Positions 48,759-58,838 of a DNA stretch of 64,000 nucleotides are shown here, in pieces; the stretch's first letter is position 1; each line of letters starts with the position of its first letter. Origin of the DNA: Sedimentisphaerales bacterium. GTDB lineage: Bacteria; Planctomycetota; Phycisphaerae; Sedimentisphaerales; Anaerobacaceae. A program made the translations under genes and the position numbers. Below the pieces are notes generated by a model that was not told the origin of the DNA, did not search any database, and saw nothing but the letters and a program-made list of their open reading frames with translations. The stretch lies in contig JAXGYC010000007.1 in the NCBI GenBank assembly GCA_040772485.1, positions 704,001-768,000 of the forward strand, given 5' to 3'.

Positions 48759-49942
48759 GCGATCACGCTGGAGACCCGGAAGACCGGCAGCAGAAGCGCA
48801 ATGGCGATCGTTCCGATGACCACGCCGAGAATGGTGATCATCAACGGCTCGATCACCGTCATCACGCTCTGGATGGAAGCCTGGAGCCTCTTCTCGTAGA
48901 AGATGGAGACCTTGTCGCACACCTCGCCCAGCCGACCGGCCTTCTCGCCGGCCCGCAGCATCTGAATGATCCCGGGCGCAATCAGCTTGGCGCGTTCGGA
49001 GATCAGAATGGCCTCCGAGAGCTGGTATCCATCCTGGACCCTTTCGTCCACTTCTTCCCAGAGCTGCTGGAAGTAGTAGTTGTCCACACAGCCCTGGATC
49101 ACGCGGATCGCGTCCAGGAGCCGAACCCCGGTGTTGACCATCGTGGCCATGATCCGCATGCTCCGCGTGACGACCATGTCCACGAACATGGTGCCGATGA
49201 TCGGGGTCCGGATCTTCACCCCGTCGAGGACGCGCCGTCCGGAGACGGTGTGCGACCACCAGTACAAACCCACCCCCAGCAGGATGAGGCTCGTCACCAG
49301 GGCCGCCATCATTGCCCCGTTGCCCACAATATGACTGATGTGAACGAGAACCAGGGTGAGCTTGGGCAACGCCGCCTCACGGGCTTCGTAAATCCGCATG
49401 AAGCGAGGCAGCACGAAGAACATCAACGTACCGGTGGCGGCGATCGCCATCAACACCATGATCAGCGGATACGTCAGAGCGCCGAGGACGCGCTTGCGCG
49501 TGTCGGCCTCGAAATTGAGGTATCCCGTCAGGACGGACAGCATCTCGACCATTCGTCCGGAGGCCTCCGAGGCCTTCACCATGCTGATGAACATCTTGTT
49601 GAACGTGTTCGGATAGAAGGTCAAGGCCCGGGAGAACATCTCGCCGCCTTTGACGCGTTCGGAGAGATCCAGGATGATGGCCTTGAATCGCGGGTCTGCG
49701 GCCTGTTCCCCGATGGCATCCAGGGCGTCGCTGAGGATGACGCCGCTGTCCAGCATGACCGCCAACTGCGTGGTGAAGAGAATCAGGTCGCTGGTCTTGA
49801 CGCGCACCTTCCCCATCGGCGCCGGGTCCGCGGGACCGCGAGCAGCACCGGCGGCGCCCGGCTTCGATTCCGTGGCCGACGCCAACGTCGCGCTGCCGTC
49901 CTCGGCACCGGTCTTTCGCATGTCTGTCATCAAAGTTGCCAT
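48752..49942 (-). CDS. Type II secretion F / PilC platform protein
   Basis: FTTQLAVMLDSG, ASEASG, ALTYP, AGEKAG, IEP. Confidence 0.92.
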   Translation of the reverse strand: MATLMTDMRKTGAEDGSATLASATESKPGAAGAARGPADPAPMGKVRVKTSDLILFTTQLAVMLDSGVILSDALDAIGEQAADPRFKAIILDLSERVKGGEMFSRALTFYPNTFNKMFISMVKASEASGRMVEMLSVLTGYLNFEADTRKRVLGALTYPLIMVLMAIAATGTLMFFVLPRFMRIYEAREAALPKLTLVLVHISHIVGNGAMMAALVTSLILLGVGLYWWSHTVSGRRVLDGVKIRTPIIGTMFVDMVVTRSMRIMATMVNTGVRLLDAIRVIQGCVDNYYFQQLWEEVDERVQDGYQLSEAILISERAKLIAPGIIQMLRAGEKAGRLGEVCDKVSIFYEKRLQASIQSVMTVIEPLMITILGVVIGTIAIALLLPVFRVSSVIAH

Positions 49943-49968
49943 AGGTCTACTTGTTCACCCGATCGACG

Positions 49969-51705
49969 TCACGATTCGCCGCCGGCGGAGGCGTCCACGG
50001 CCGTGATGCGCAGAATCTCCTCGATCGACACGATCCCTGCCTTGACCTTCTCGATGCCGTCGAAGTGCAGCGGGGTCATGCCTTTGGCCAGGGCGATCGC
50101 CCGGAGCTTCTTGGCGCTGACGCGTTCGTTGATCATCTCCATCATCTCGTCGTCCGGGACGAGCAACTCGTGAATGGCGATTCGCCCGACATACCCGGTG
50201 TTGCGACACTTCCTGCACCCCACGCCCCGATAGAACTTGCAGGTCTCGCCGCCCTGGGCCTGGACGGACCTCTTCAGACTGGGCGACGGATCGTATTCCG
50301 TCTTGCAGTTCGAGCAGATCTTGCGGACCAGCCGCTGCGCCAGCACGCCCTTGAGGGAGGCGCTCACCAGGTACGGAGCCACCCCGAGATCGAGCAGGCG
50401 GGTCACCGCGCCCGGCGCATCGTTCGTGTGCAACGTGGACAACACCAGGTGCCCGGTCAATGCGGCCTGGACGGCGATGTTGGCCGTGGCCTGATCGCGA
50501 ATCTCGCCGACCATGATGATGTCGGGGTCTTGTCGCAACAGGCTGCGCAGGGCGGTGGAGAATTCGAAACCCACCGCGGTGTTGACCTGGAACTGATTGA
50601 TGCCGGAGATGTTGCACTCCACGGGGTCTTCCACGGTGCAGATGTTCACCTCTTCGCTGTTCAATTCGGACAGCGCCGCGTACAGCGTGGTGTTCTTGCC
50701 CGACCCGGTCGGACCGGTAACGAGAACGATGCCGTTGGGCACCTGAATGATCTGGCGAAAACGCAGCAGGTTGTCGTACGTGAAACCGAGCGACTCCAGG
50801 TTGTAGAGGATCTTCTGCGGATCGATAATCCGAATGACGACCTTCTCTCCAAAATTGCCCGGCATGACGGAGACGCGCAAATCGATCGGGCGGCCTTCCA
50901 CCAGGACGTGAATGCCTCCGTCCTGCGGAAGACGTCGCTGCGCGATGTCCAGCTCGGCCATGATCTTGATTCGGGAGACGACGGCGGCGTGCATCTGGTG
51001 CGGCGGACGCATCTTCTCGTAGAGCTTGCCGTCGACGCGATACCGGACGCGCAGCCGCTTTTCGTCGCACTCGATGTGGATGTCGCTGGCGTTCTCACGG
51101 ACGGCGTTGTACAGCAGGTAGTTGACCAGCTTGACCACCGGCGACTGGCCGGCCACCTCCTCGAGATTGCTGATGTCCTGCGTGATGCTCTCGATGAGGG
51201 TGAATTCCTCCAGCCCCTCCTCGTCGATGATGTCGTCAATCACGAAGACATTCGCCGCCGGCAGATACGACTGTAGCGTGGCCCGAATGTCCTTGGCGGT
51301 CGAGCAGACCACCCGAACGCGGCACCCGCTGATCCGCTCGATTTCGTCGATCAGAAAGACGTTCGTCGGCTCGTTGACCGCCACGGTCAGGACATCATGA
51401 ACCTTGAACAGAGGCAGGACGATGTGCGCTTCGAGGAACTCCCGCGGCAGCAGTTCCACGGTCTTAGGGTCGCACAGCTTCGGGCTGACCTGCGCATAGG
51501 GGACCCCGTAGGCTTCCGCCAGGGCCGCCGCGATCTGGTTCTCCGTGCAATGGCCCATCTCGACGAGCAACTCGCCGAGAAGCTTGCGATGGCCCTTCTC
51601 CTGCTGTTCGGCCAGGGCCCTGTCGATCTGCTCCTGACTGACCACGCCCCGCGCCAGCAGAAGCTGGCCGAGCTGCATCTTGTTCTCAAGCAGAATCTGA
51701 CTCAT
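49969..51705 (-). CDS. GspE/PilB assembly ATPase with N-terminal MshEN-like domain
   Basis: ASDIHIE, RLPQDG, GPTGSGKNTT, EDPVE, LRQDPD, GHLVLSTLHTND, Cys4. Confidence 0.95.
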   Translation of the reverse strand: MSQILLENKMQLGQLLLARGVVSQEQIDRALAEQQEKGHRKLLGELLVEMGHCTENQIAAALAEAYGVPYAQVSPKLCDPKTVELLPREFLEAHIVLPLFKVHDVLTVAVNEPTNVFLIDEIERISGCRVRVVCSTAKDIRATLQSYLPAANVFVIDDIIDEEGLEEFTLIESITQDISNLEEVAGQSPVVKLVNYLLYNAVRENASDIHIECDEKRLRVRYRVDGKLYEKMRPPHQMHAAVVSRIKIMAELDIAQRRLPQDGGIHVLVEGRPIDLRVSVMPGNFGEKVVIRIIDPQKILYNLESLGFTYDNLLRFRQIIQVPNGIVLVTGPTGSGKNTTLYAALSELNSEEVNICTVEDPVECNISGINQFQVNTAVGFEFSTALRSLLRQDPDIIMVGEIRDQATANIAVQAALTGHLVLSTLHTNDAPGAVTRLLDLGVAPYLVSASLKGVLAQRLVRKICSNCKTEYDPSPSLKRSVQAQGGETCKFYRGVGCRKCRNTGYVGRIAIHELLVPDDEMMEMINERVSAKKLRAIALAKGMTPLHFDGIEKVKAGIVSIEEILRITAVDASAGGES

Positions 51706-51736
51706 ACCCCGCCTCTCCACATCGTGTCCGGCACGC

Positions 51737-52072
51737 TCAGGCAAAGCTCCGGACCGCTTCGGCCAGTTCCGCGTGACGATCGAATTCGGTCTGAAGGCCG
51801 GTAATCTCGAGAATCTTCTCGAGGGTTTCGTCCAGCCCGGCCAGCTTGAGTTGCGTGCGGTTCTGACGGCAATACTGCCGCACCCACAGCAGCAGTTCCA
51901 GCCCCTGGCTGTCCACCCCGTTAACGTTGCTCATATCGACCACGATCCGCGTGCGTCCCGCGGCCGTCGTCTCCGTCACCGTGTCCTTCAGTGATGCCGC
52001 GATGTCCCCATCGAGTTCGCCCTGCAACTCGATGACCGTGACATCGTTGTAGTTCTGCCTGTTGATCTTCAT
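51737..52072 (-). CDS. STAS domain protein (anti-sigma factor antagonist-like)
   Basis: ELQGELD, VVDMSNVNGVDSQGL, ILEITGL. Confidence 0.88.
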   Translation of the reverse strand: MKINRQNYNDVTVIELQGELDGDIAASLKDTVTETTAAGRTRIVVDMSNVNGVDSQGLELLLWVRQYCRQNRTQLKLAGLDETLEKILEITGLQTEFDRHAELAEAVRSFA

Positions 52073-53778
52073 CGCAACAACGTCCCTATCGCCGTAGTCC
52101 CATACTCGAAGACATGTCCCCCGTCGTACGTCGAGGGGCCGTTCCCCTGGATCAGATCCCACAGATGGTAGATGTCACTCTCGAGAAAGATGGTCCCGAT
52201 CTTCTCGTCGAACTGCGTCCCCAGACCCTTACGGATTTCCTCCAACGCGCAATCCACGGTCATGGCGTCGCGGTAGACCCGCTTGGACGTCATCGCGTCG
52301 AAGCTGTCAGCCAGGCCGAGAATCTTGGCCATGAGCGAGATTTGGTCACCGACGAGGCCGGCGGGATAGCCATTTCCGTCCACACGTTCATGGTGCTGAA
52401 GCACGCCGGGAACGATGTCGCGCATTTGTTTGATGCCGCGGAGAATCCCGGCCCCTACCGACGGATGACGCTGGATGATCTGGCGCTCCTCGGGCGTGAG
52501 CCTGCCGTTCTTGCGGAGCACGTTCTCGTCCACGCCGATCTTGCCGATGTCGTGCAGGAGGCCCGCCAGGTAGATTCGATGGATCTGCTCGTCGTCGAGC
52601 GGCTCCCGTTCCGCGACGCGTTCCGCCAGCCATCTCGAAATGATGGCCACCCGCTCGGAGTGTCCACGGGTGTATTGGTCCTTGGCGTCGATGCTGTCCG
52701 TCAGGGCCTTCAAGGAACCAAGGAAGAGTTCCTTGAGATCGTTGAAGAGACGTCCGTTTTCGATGAACACGGCGCAGCCGCTCGCCACGGAGCCGAAGAG
52801 CTTCATGTCCGTGCTGTCGAAATCGGGCTTGTCGATGCGGTTGACCGCGACCATGTATCCGATGATCGTCACAGCGTTCTCGTCGCGCGCCGCCCGTCGC
52901 GAATGCTGCGGCTCCTTGGCGCACAGCGGCACGGCGATGACGTTGCGAATGCTCGCCGGCCACTCATACCGGAACGGCGTATCGACATCGCTGTCCAGGA
53001 GCGCTTCCTGCCCGCGGCGGATCTCTTCCGTCAGACGACTGTGCAGCAAGGCCGTCATGCGCGCGTCCAGATCGATCAGACCCGACCCGGCCGCCACCAT
53101 GAATCGTTTTTCCCCCTCCACGATCCGCTCCAGCACGACGGCAATCCCTTCAACGAGAACGATGTCCGTCAGGCTGTCACAGGCCAACTGGAGGAACGTA
53201 CTGTCGGATTCGGTTAGCTTCATGTGCGTGCTGATCTTGTGCAGCAGCACCAGCTCCTCATACACCTGGGCCAGCTCCGTGCCCATCTTCTCCATCTGTT
53301 CGTCGCTGCGCGCGGACATCTGCAGATTCTGCGCCGCCAGCCGCAGCATCTCACCGAGGCACGCTGCCGATAGGGACGAATCCCCGGTTCCGCCCTCTTG
53401 CGCCGGGTCAGACGGCCGCTCGACGCGAGCCTCCGGGCCTTGATCGGCCACGATCACGCCGGCCAGCCGGTGTTCAGCGGTTGCCACACGAGGCAAACAC
53501 AACGGGACCGCCAGCAGCGTGCCCGCGTCGCAGAACTGCCACACGCGGCCCTCGCAGCTCTCGGCCGTGTGCCTGCCCAAGGCTTGCGAGACGGCGCGGG
53601 CCGCCTCTACAATCGCCTCCGTGTCGCTGTCGAACTGCCCGGCGTTGTGCAGAACCACAATGCCGCCGCTGGGGTCTACCACGGCGAGATTCACGCCAAA
53701 CCGCCCGATACGCTCCCCGAATCGCTCCAGATCGCGTCGTTGCTGGCAGGTCAGTCCTGGTGTCGTCGTATTCGGCAT
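52069..53778 (-). CDS. GAF/HD-GYP c-di-GMP phosphodiesterase
   Basis: AKDQYTRGHSERV, LHDIGK, HHERVDGNGYP, DSFDAMTSKRVYR. Confidence 0.9.
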   Translation of the reverse strand: MPNTTTPGLTCQQRRDLERFGERIGRFGVNLAVVDPSGGIVVLHNAGQFDSDTEAIVEAARAVSQALGRHTAESCEGRVWQFCDAGTLLAVPLCLPRVATAEHRLAGVIVADQGPEARVERPSDPAQEGGTGDSSLSAACLGEMLRLAAQNLQMSARSDEQMEKMGTELAQVYEELVLLHKISTHMKLTESDSTFLQLACDSLTDIVLVEGIAVVLERIVEGEKRFMVAAGSGLIDLDARMTALLHSRLTEEIRRGQEALLDSDVDTPFRYEWPASIRNVIAVPLCAKEPQHSRRAARDENAVTIIGYMVAVNRIDKPDFDSTDMKLFGSVASGCAVFIENGRLFNDLKELFLGSLKALTDSIDAKDQYTRGHSERVAIISRWLAERVAEREPLDDEQIHRIYLAGLLHDIGKIGVDENVLRKNGRLTPEERQIIQRHPSVGAGILRGIKQMRDIVPGVLQHHERVDGNGYPAGLVGDQISLMAKILGLADSFDAMTSKRVYRDAMTVDCALEEIRKGLGTQFDEKIGTIFLESDIYHLWDLIQGNGPSTYDGGHVFEYGTTAIGTLLR

Positions 53779-53831
53779 GGCCCTCTCAAGATCCTTCAGA
53801 ACAGGCAGTGCTCCGGCAATCGTCTTCGGGG

Positions 53832-54224
53832 TCAGTTCTTCACCGCCACCGCACGCTGATAGAGTATGTCCTCGATGGTCTTGAGCAACTCCTTGGGGCT
53901 GAACGGTTTGCTCAGGCACTCCTGCACGCCGAGCGAGTCCTGCATCTCCTGCGTGATCGCGAAGCTGCGCGCCGTCAGCAGGATCGTCGGAATGTGCATG
54001 GTGGCCTCGTTCTTCCGCAGCTTCTCGATCAGTTCGATTCCCGTGACGAACGGCATCTGATAATCGGTCACGACGATGTCGGGGTGCTCGCTGCACGCGA
54101 GTTCATACGCCTCGGCGCCGTTGTTGGCCGCAATCACCTCGTACCCGTTGTTGCGCAACTTGATCGCGACGACGTGAATAATGTGAATCTCATCATCCGC
54201 AATCAGCACCTTCTTGCCTGTCAT
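53832..54224 (-). CDS. Single-domain response regulator
   Basis: ADDE, TDYQMP, LTA, KPF. Confidence 0.92.
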   Translation of the reverse strand: MTGKKVLIADDEIHIIHVVAIKLRNNGYEVIAANNGAEAYELACSEHPDIVVTDYQMPFVTGIELIEKLRKNEATMHIPTILLTARSFAITQEMQDSLGVQECLSKPFSPKELLKTIEDILYQRAVAVKN

Positions 54225-54286
54225 CTTCATCCACTCCAAAACTGGGTTTCAGGAATCCCCCCCGTGAAGAGGCGCGAACTCCCCCA

Positions 54287-55735
54287 TTATCGGGCCGTGC
54301 CCGCCGGCTCGGCCGCCGCCAGAGGCAGTTCGAATCCGAACGTGCTTCCGACGCCCACCTCGCTCGTAACGAACACACGACCGTCGTGTACTTTCTCGAC
54401 GATTTGCTTGACGAGGTTCAGGCCAAGACCGGTCCCGCTGGCCTGCTTGTTGTTGGCGCGCACGCGATAGAACTTGTCGAACACGTGAGCGACCTCGTCG
54501 GCGGGAATGCCGACGCCGGTATCCGTAACGGTGACGCGGACCACCTCCTCCGTCTCGTTCACCTCCGTCTGGATCCGCACGGTCCCGCCGGGCGGAGTGT
54601 ACTTGACCGCATTGCTCAGCAGGTTCACGATCACCTGTGAGATCATGTCCTTGTCGGCCAGAACCTGGTCGTATACGATAGGGTTCTGTCCGACGACCGT
54701 GATCTTCTTCTCTTCCGCGAATCCCCGGATCATCTGCATCTGCTGCTCGATCAGAATCGTCAGACTGACCGGCTCTTTCTGGACCTTGATCAGTCCCGAC
54801 TCGATTCGTGACACGTTGAGAATGTCCTCAATCAGGCGGTTGAGCCGCTGCGCCTGAGTCTGAATGATCTCGTAGAATTCCTTGCGCGTCTGCTCGTCGT
54901 CCGCCTCTCCGTCGGCCAGCATCTCGGAGTAGGCCGTGATGGATGCCAGCGGCGTCTTCAACTCATGCGAGACGTGACTGACGAAATCGTTCTTCATCTG
55001 CGAGACTTCCTTCTCTCGCGTAATGTCATGCAACACCGCGACCACACCCGAGACCTGGTTTCGCTCGAAGACACAGGAGACAATCGTGTCGAACGTGTGC
55101 GGACCATCGGGCCGGGCGAACTGCATCTCTCGGCGCGTCGCCTCCGTGGCGCTCTGCCGGCTGGACTGAATCAACTGGACGAAATCCTTGTGTCCCGGGT
55201 GGATGCTCTCGGCGAGCGGTTTGTGGCGCGCCTGCCCCGGGTCAAACCCGAAGAGCCGGGCGGCGGCCGCGTTCGCCATCAGCAGCCGGTCCGCCTCGTC
55301 CACCACCACCACGGCGTCGCGCAGGCTGTAGATAATGGCCTCGGTGTGCTGCTTCTGTCGATCGGCAAGCTGCGATCGAATGCGGAGGTCGGTAAGCTCG
55401 GTCTCCAGCGTGCGAAGAGCCTCCTGCCCTTCCCGGAGGCGTGTCTGAACGGCCTGGGCCGCCCGCTCAATCGCCTGGAGATCCATCAGGCCGGCCGGGT
55501 CGCCGGAAAGCTGCCGGGCTATGGACGCGACCGTCCCGGCCAGCCGATGATAGGCCAGACCCAGGAAGATCACGCCCACAGCCCCGATGCAGCAGGCAAT
55601 AAGACGCCACGCAACGAGATGGTTGCGCCACCCTACTCCGATGCCAGAATGGAAAAGCCCAGTCAGGGCCGCGATGCACAGCGAGGCCATCACCATGGCA
55701 ACCGCGGCCCAGACTAAGCGTCTTTGGCGTCTCAC
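54287..55735 (-). CDS. Membrane PAS sensor histidine kinase
   Basis: 2 TM; PAS; SHELKTPL, NAVKY, DTGVG, FYR, GTGLGL. Confidence 0.93.
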   Translation of the reverse strand: MRRQRRLVWAAVAMVMASLCIAALTGLFHSGIGVGWRNHLVAWRLIACCIGAVGVIFLGLAYHRLAGTVASIARQLSGDPAGLMDLQAIERAAQAVQTRLREGQEALRTLETELTDLRIRSQLADRQKQHTEAIIYSLRDAVVVVDEADRLLMANAAAARLFGFDPGQARHKPLAESIHPGHKDFVQLIQSSRQSATEATRREMQFARPDGPHTFDTIVSCVFERNQVSGVVAVLHDITREKEVSQMKNDFVSHVSHELKTPLASITAYSEMLADGEADDEQTRKEFYEIIQTQAQRLNRLIEDILNVSRIESGLIKVQKEPVSLTILIEQQMQMIRGFAEEKKITVVGQNPIVYDQVLADKDMISQVIVNLLSNAVKYTPPGGTVRIQTEVNETEEVVRVTVTDTGVGIPADEVAHVFDKFYRVRANNKQASGTGLGLNLVKQIVEKVHDGRVFVTSEVGVGSTFGFELPLAAAEPAGTAR

Positions 55736-55792
55736 AACAACTCCTCCGAACCCGTGAACTACGGGTGTAACGTCCGATCATGGAAGCACGCG

Positions 55793-57556
55793 TTAGCGTC
55801 TCTTCCAGTTTTTGGCCTCTTGCTGATCGATCGCCTGTTGAACGATACTGTCGATCCGCTCGAGCTCCTCAGGATCGGTTTCGACGATAATCCGTTCCCT
55901 CAGCCGCAGTGCCTCCAGATACGACGGACGCATCATCAGCGCCATCTTGACGTTGTACACGGCGCTGTCGACATCGCCTTCGAGGTAGTATTTGGCCGCT
56001 CGGGCGTAAGCGTCCTCGGCCATGCGGGCGCGATCGAGGCCCTGCATGTTATGCTTGGCGCCGTCCATCTTCAGCCGGATGTCATCGGCACGATCTGCCG
56101 CACCCGTCTCCGAAGGCTCTTCGATGATGTGAGGCGTCAGCAAAATGATCACTTCTTCGCGCAGCGAGGTGTCATCGGTGCCCCGGAAAGCGGCTCCGAT
56201 GATCGGCAGACTCCCCAGCAAAGGAACTTGCGAGCGAGTCGCCGTGATACTGTCGCGGAACAGACCGCCGAGAATCACGGTTTCCCCGTCTTTGACGATG
56301 ACGTTGGTCCGCAACTCCGTGGTGGTTTCGTCCGGAATTCCCTGGGCGTTCAGGCTGCCGTCACTGTCTTTCGGATAGATGTCCATCCGGATGTAGCCGT
56401 CGCTGCCGATGTACGGCCGGAAGATCAACTGCGTACCGGTATTCAAGAAGGCCACCGACTGCGTGGTCGAGGTCTGGGTCTGGGTCGTCTGGTCCAGATA
56501 GCCCAGCTTCTTACCGATCAGCACAGAGCCTTCCTGCTTGTTGACCGCCAGGATCTTCGGATTGGCCAGCAGCGTCGTGTCCGTGACTTCTTCCAGTGCC
56601 GTGATGATGGCCTGGACGTTGTCGGACGAGAATCCGACGCGCAGGCCACCGGACGCGCTGGGAACCCTAAAACCACTGGTTTCCCACGGCGTGCCCTGCC
56701 CCCCGACAATGTTCGCCGGAAAACCGGTGACGGCCACGCCACTCAACAGGTTCCAGTCCACGCCGAACTGCGTTTGTTCGGTCAGACGGGCGGCCAGAAT
56801 GGTCGCTTCGACCAGGACCTGCTTCGGCCGAATGTCGACTTGCTTGAGGACCGACTCGGCCTTCTCGATGTTCTCCGGGAAGTCGAAGATCACGATCATG
56901 TCGTTGGTGGCCGTGTTGTCACCGCCACCACCGCCACTGAGAGACCCACCACCCGAGCCCGTGCTGCTGGCCTCGGAGATCTTCTCCTCAGCGGCCTGTG
57001 TCTTGGTGATCTGCGCGCTGGCGCTGAGCACCGGGCGGACCAGCTTTTCCGCCTCTTCGGCGGTCGTGTAGTACAGCGTGATCACCTTGTGGACCATCCG
57101 TTCGGGGTCTTCCTTGATCTTCTTGTGCTCGTCCTTGGTGCGAATGTGAATCAGGTTGCCCTCCTGCACCGGGACGAACTTGTCGCCCAGCATGGCCGCC
57201 AGCGCCTGTTCAAACGTCACATCGCGCAGTTCCGGGCAATTCAGTGGACCACTGACACTGGCCGAAGGAACAATGTTCTTGCGGCACAGCTTGGCCAGCA
57301 GACGCAGCCCATCCCGCACATCGCCGTCCTTCTTGAAGGCGATGAACTTGATGATGACTCCATCACCGGAGAAGTCCACCTGCGCCTGATCGGGTTCGAC
57401 GGCCAGGGTGTCCATCGCCGCTTCAGAAGTCGGTGCTGCCGGATCGCTCTCGGCAGCCAGCACCGGTTCGGCCAACAAAGCCAGCACCGCCATAACGCAA
57501 AGCCATCGGCCCCACCGGGCCTCCAAAGGTTTCACTGTTGTTCTGTCGTAATACAT
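55793..57556 (-). CDS. Secretin (GspD/PilQ family)
   Basis: QVLVEATI, GVDW, LANPKI, VKDGETVILGGL, VPLLGSLP, ILLTPHII. Confidence 0.92.
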   Translation of the reverse strand: MYYDRTTVKPLEARWGRWLCVMAVLALLAEPVLAAESDPAAPTSEAAMDTLAVEPDQAQVDFSGDGVIIKFIAFKKDGDVRDGLRLLAKLCRKNIVPSASVSGPLNCPELRDVTFEQALAAMLGDKFVPVQEGNLIHIRTKDEHKKIKEDPERMVHKVITLYYTTAEEAEKLVRPVLSASAQITKTQAAEEKISEASSTGSGGGSLSGGGGGDNTATNDMIVIFDFPENIEKAESVLKQVDIRPKQVLVEATILAARLTEQTQFGVDWNLLSGVAVTGFPANIVGGQGTPWETSGFRVPSASGGLRVGFSSDNVQAIITALEEVTDTTLLANPKILAVNKQEGSVLIGKKLGYLDQTTQTQTSTTQSVAFLNTGTQLIFRPYIGSDGYIRMDIYPKDSDGSLNAQGIPDETTTELRTNVIVKDGETVILGGLFRDSITATRSQVPLLGSLPIIGAAFRGTDDTSLREEVIILLTPHIIEEPSETGAADRADDIRLKMDGAKHNMQGLDRARMAEDAYARAAKYYLEGDVDSAVYNVKMALMMRPSYLEALRLRERIIVETDPEELERIDSIVQQAIDQQEAKNWKRR

Positions 57557-57625
57557 AACGTTACTCCTTTTCTTTCACATCCTGCTTGACCGTACTGATT
57601 TCATTATCGTTCTAAGACAAAATCG

Positions 57626-58234
57626 TCACTTTCTTACGTCGGCGGGCGACGACAGCTTCAACGTCCACTGTCGGTCGCGGCATGTCACAAGCACGGCATC
57701 ATCTTGGATCTGTACTACTTCGAATACGTAGGCGTCGGAACCGTCCGAGAGAGCAATGGTGTCCCCGAGGCGCATCAGTCGGTCATTGACGAGCGCCTGC
57801 GGGTCCGCGCTCCCCACCACGGCCTCCAGCCTGAGACTCTTGGCCAGTTTGTCGATCACGTCATTGGTTCTCTTCGATGCCACTGTTTGCACTTCTGTTT
57901 CAGAACCCGTGCTCTGTGGTTTGGACACACTGGAGAAACGGCTCCAGTCTTGCGTCGTGAAGAAATCTCTGTGGATGCGGTCGTTCCGCCCGGGCTCCAC
58001 CGGCAAATCGACGAGACGCACCTTGGGCTCTTGTCTCTGCGGTTCGTCCGTCTGCCGCGTGGCATCCGGCCCGGCTTCCGCCGCCCGGGGTTTCTGGCCG
58101 ATGAACACGCGGATCCACATCACGGCCATCACGACCACCAGGGCGATCGCGAAGCCCGCCTTCCTGCCGCCTCGGATCAGGTGGCTGGCCATCTGAGACA
58201 CCGGGCCCAATGTGTTGGTCACATTACGCTTCAT
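57626..58234 (-). CDS. PilP/GspC-like accessory protein
   Basis: One TM; C-terminal LEAVV..QALVND..GD pattern; lies between pilO-like and secretin genes. Confidence 0.55.
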   Translation of the reverse strand: MKRNVTNTLGPVSQMASHLIRGGRKAGFAIALVVVMAVMWIRVFIGQKPRAAEAGPDATRQTDEPQRQEPKVRLVDLPVEPGRNDRIHRDFFTTQDWSRFSSVSKPQSTGSETEVQTVASKRTNDVIDKLAKSLRLEAVVGSADPQALVNDRLMRLGDTIALSDGSDAYVFEVVQIQDDAVLVTCRDRQWTLKLSSPADVRK

Positions 58235-58838
58235 CGTTCACGGCATCCGTTGTGTTCTGGTTCGCGGACAGACTGGCGTTCTGCGTCTTCCGCGTCCGAT
58301 AAAAGATGACCGCGTCGGCGTCCATGGTCACACTGCCGGTGAAGGCCTTCGCATTGACCAACGTGGTCTTCTCAATTCGCACAAGCCGACCGAGATTCTG
58401 AAGGTCCTGGAAGAACCCGAAGATCCCATTCAGGTTGCCCACACACTTCATGTGGACGGGAATGCAGATCAGGTCATCGGAGATTCGTTCCTGACCGAGA
58501 ACCACATCCTGGTCCGACAGGTTGTTCTTGGTCATGATCTGGGCGATCTGCCCCAGGAACTGCCCCAAGGCGCTCTCGTCAGGAATCCAGTCTTCATAGT
58601 TCCGGATGTACCGATCGGTCTCCCGGAGGCGCTCGGTCAGGGACGGCAGCACGTCGCTGTGCGCCTCGGCGGCAGCGATCAACTGCGTCCGGCGCGTCTT
58701 CGCTTCGACCAGAGATCGGAGTCTTTCACGCGACGGCAGATATCCGTACAGCACAAAGTCCGCCAGGAACAGGCCGCCAATGGCGAAGACCCACAACTGC
58801 TGCCGGCTCAGCCAGGAATTGGATCGTTTCTCACTCAT
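58224..58838 (-). CDS. PilO-like protein
   Basis: N-terminal TM, coiled coil, IP, GRLVRI; synteny. Confidence 0.75.
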   Translation of the reverse strand: MSEKRSNSWLSRQQLWVFAIGGLFLADFVLYGYLPSRERLRSLVEAKTRRTQLIAAAEAHSDVLPSLTERLRETDRYIRNYEDWIPDESALGQFLGQIAQIMTKNNLSDQDVVLGQERISDDLICIPVHMKCVGNLNGIFGFFQDLQNLGRLVRIEKTTLVNAKAFTGSVTMDADAVIFYRTRKTQNASLSANQNTTDAVNDEA

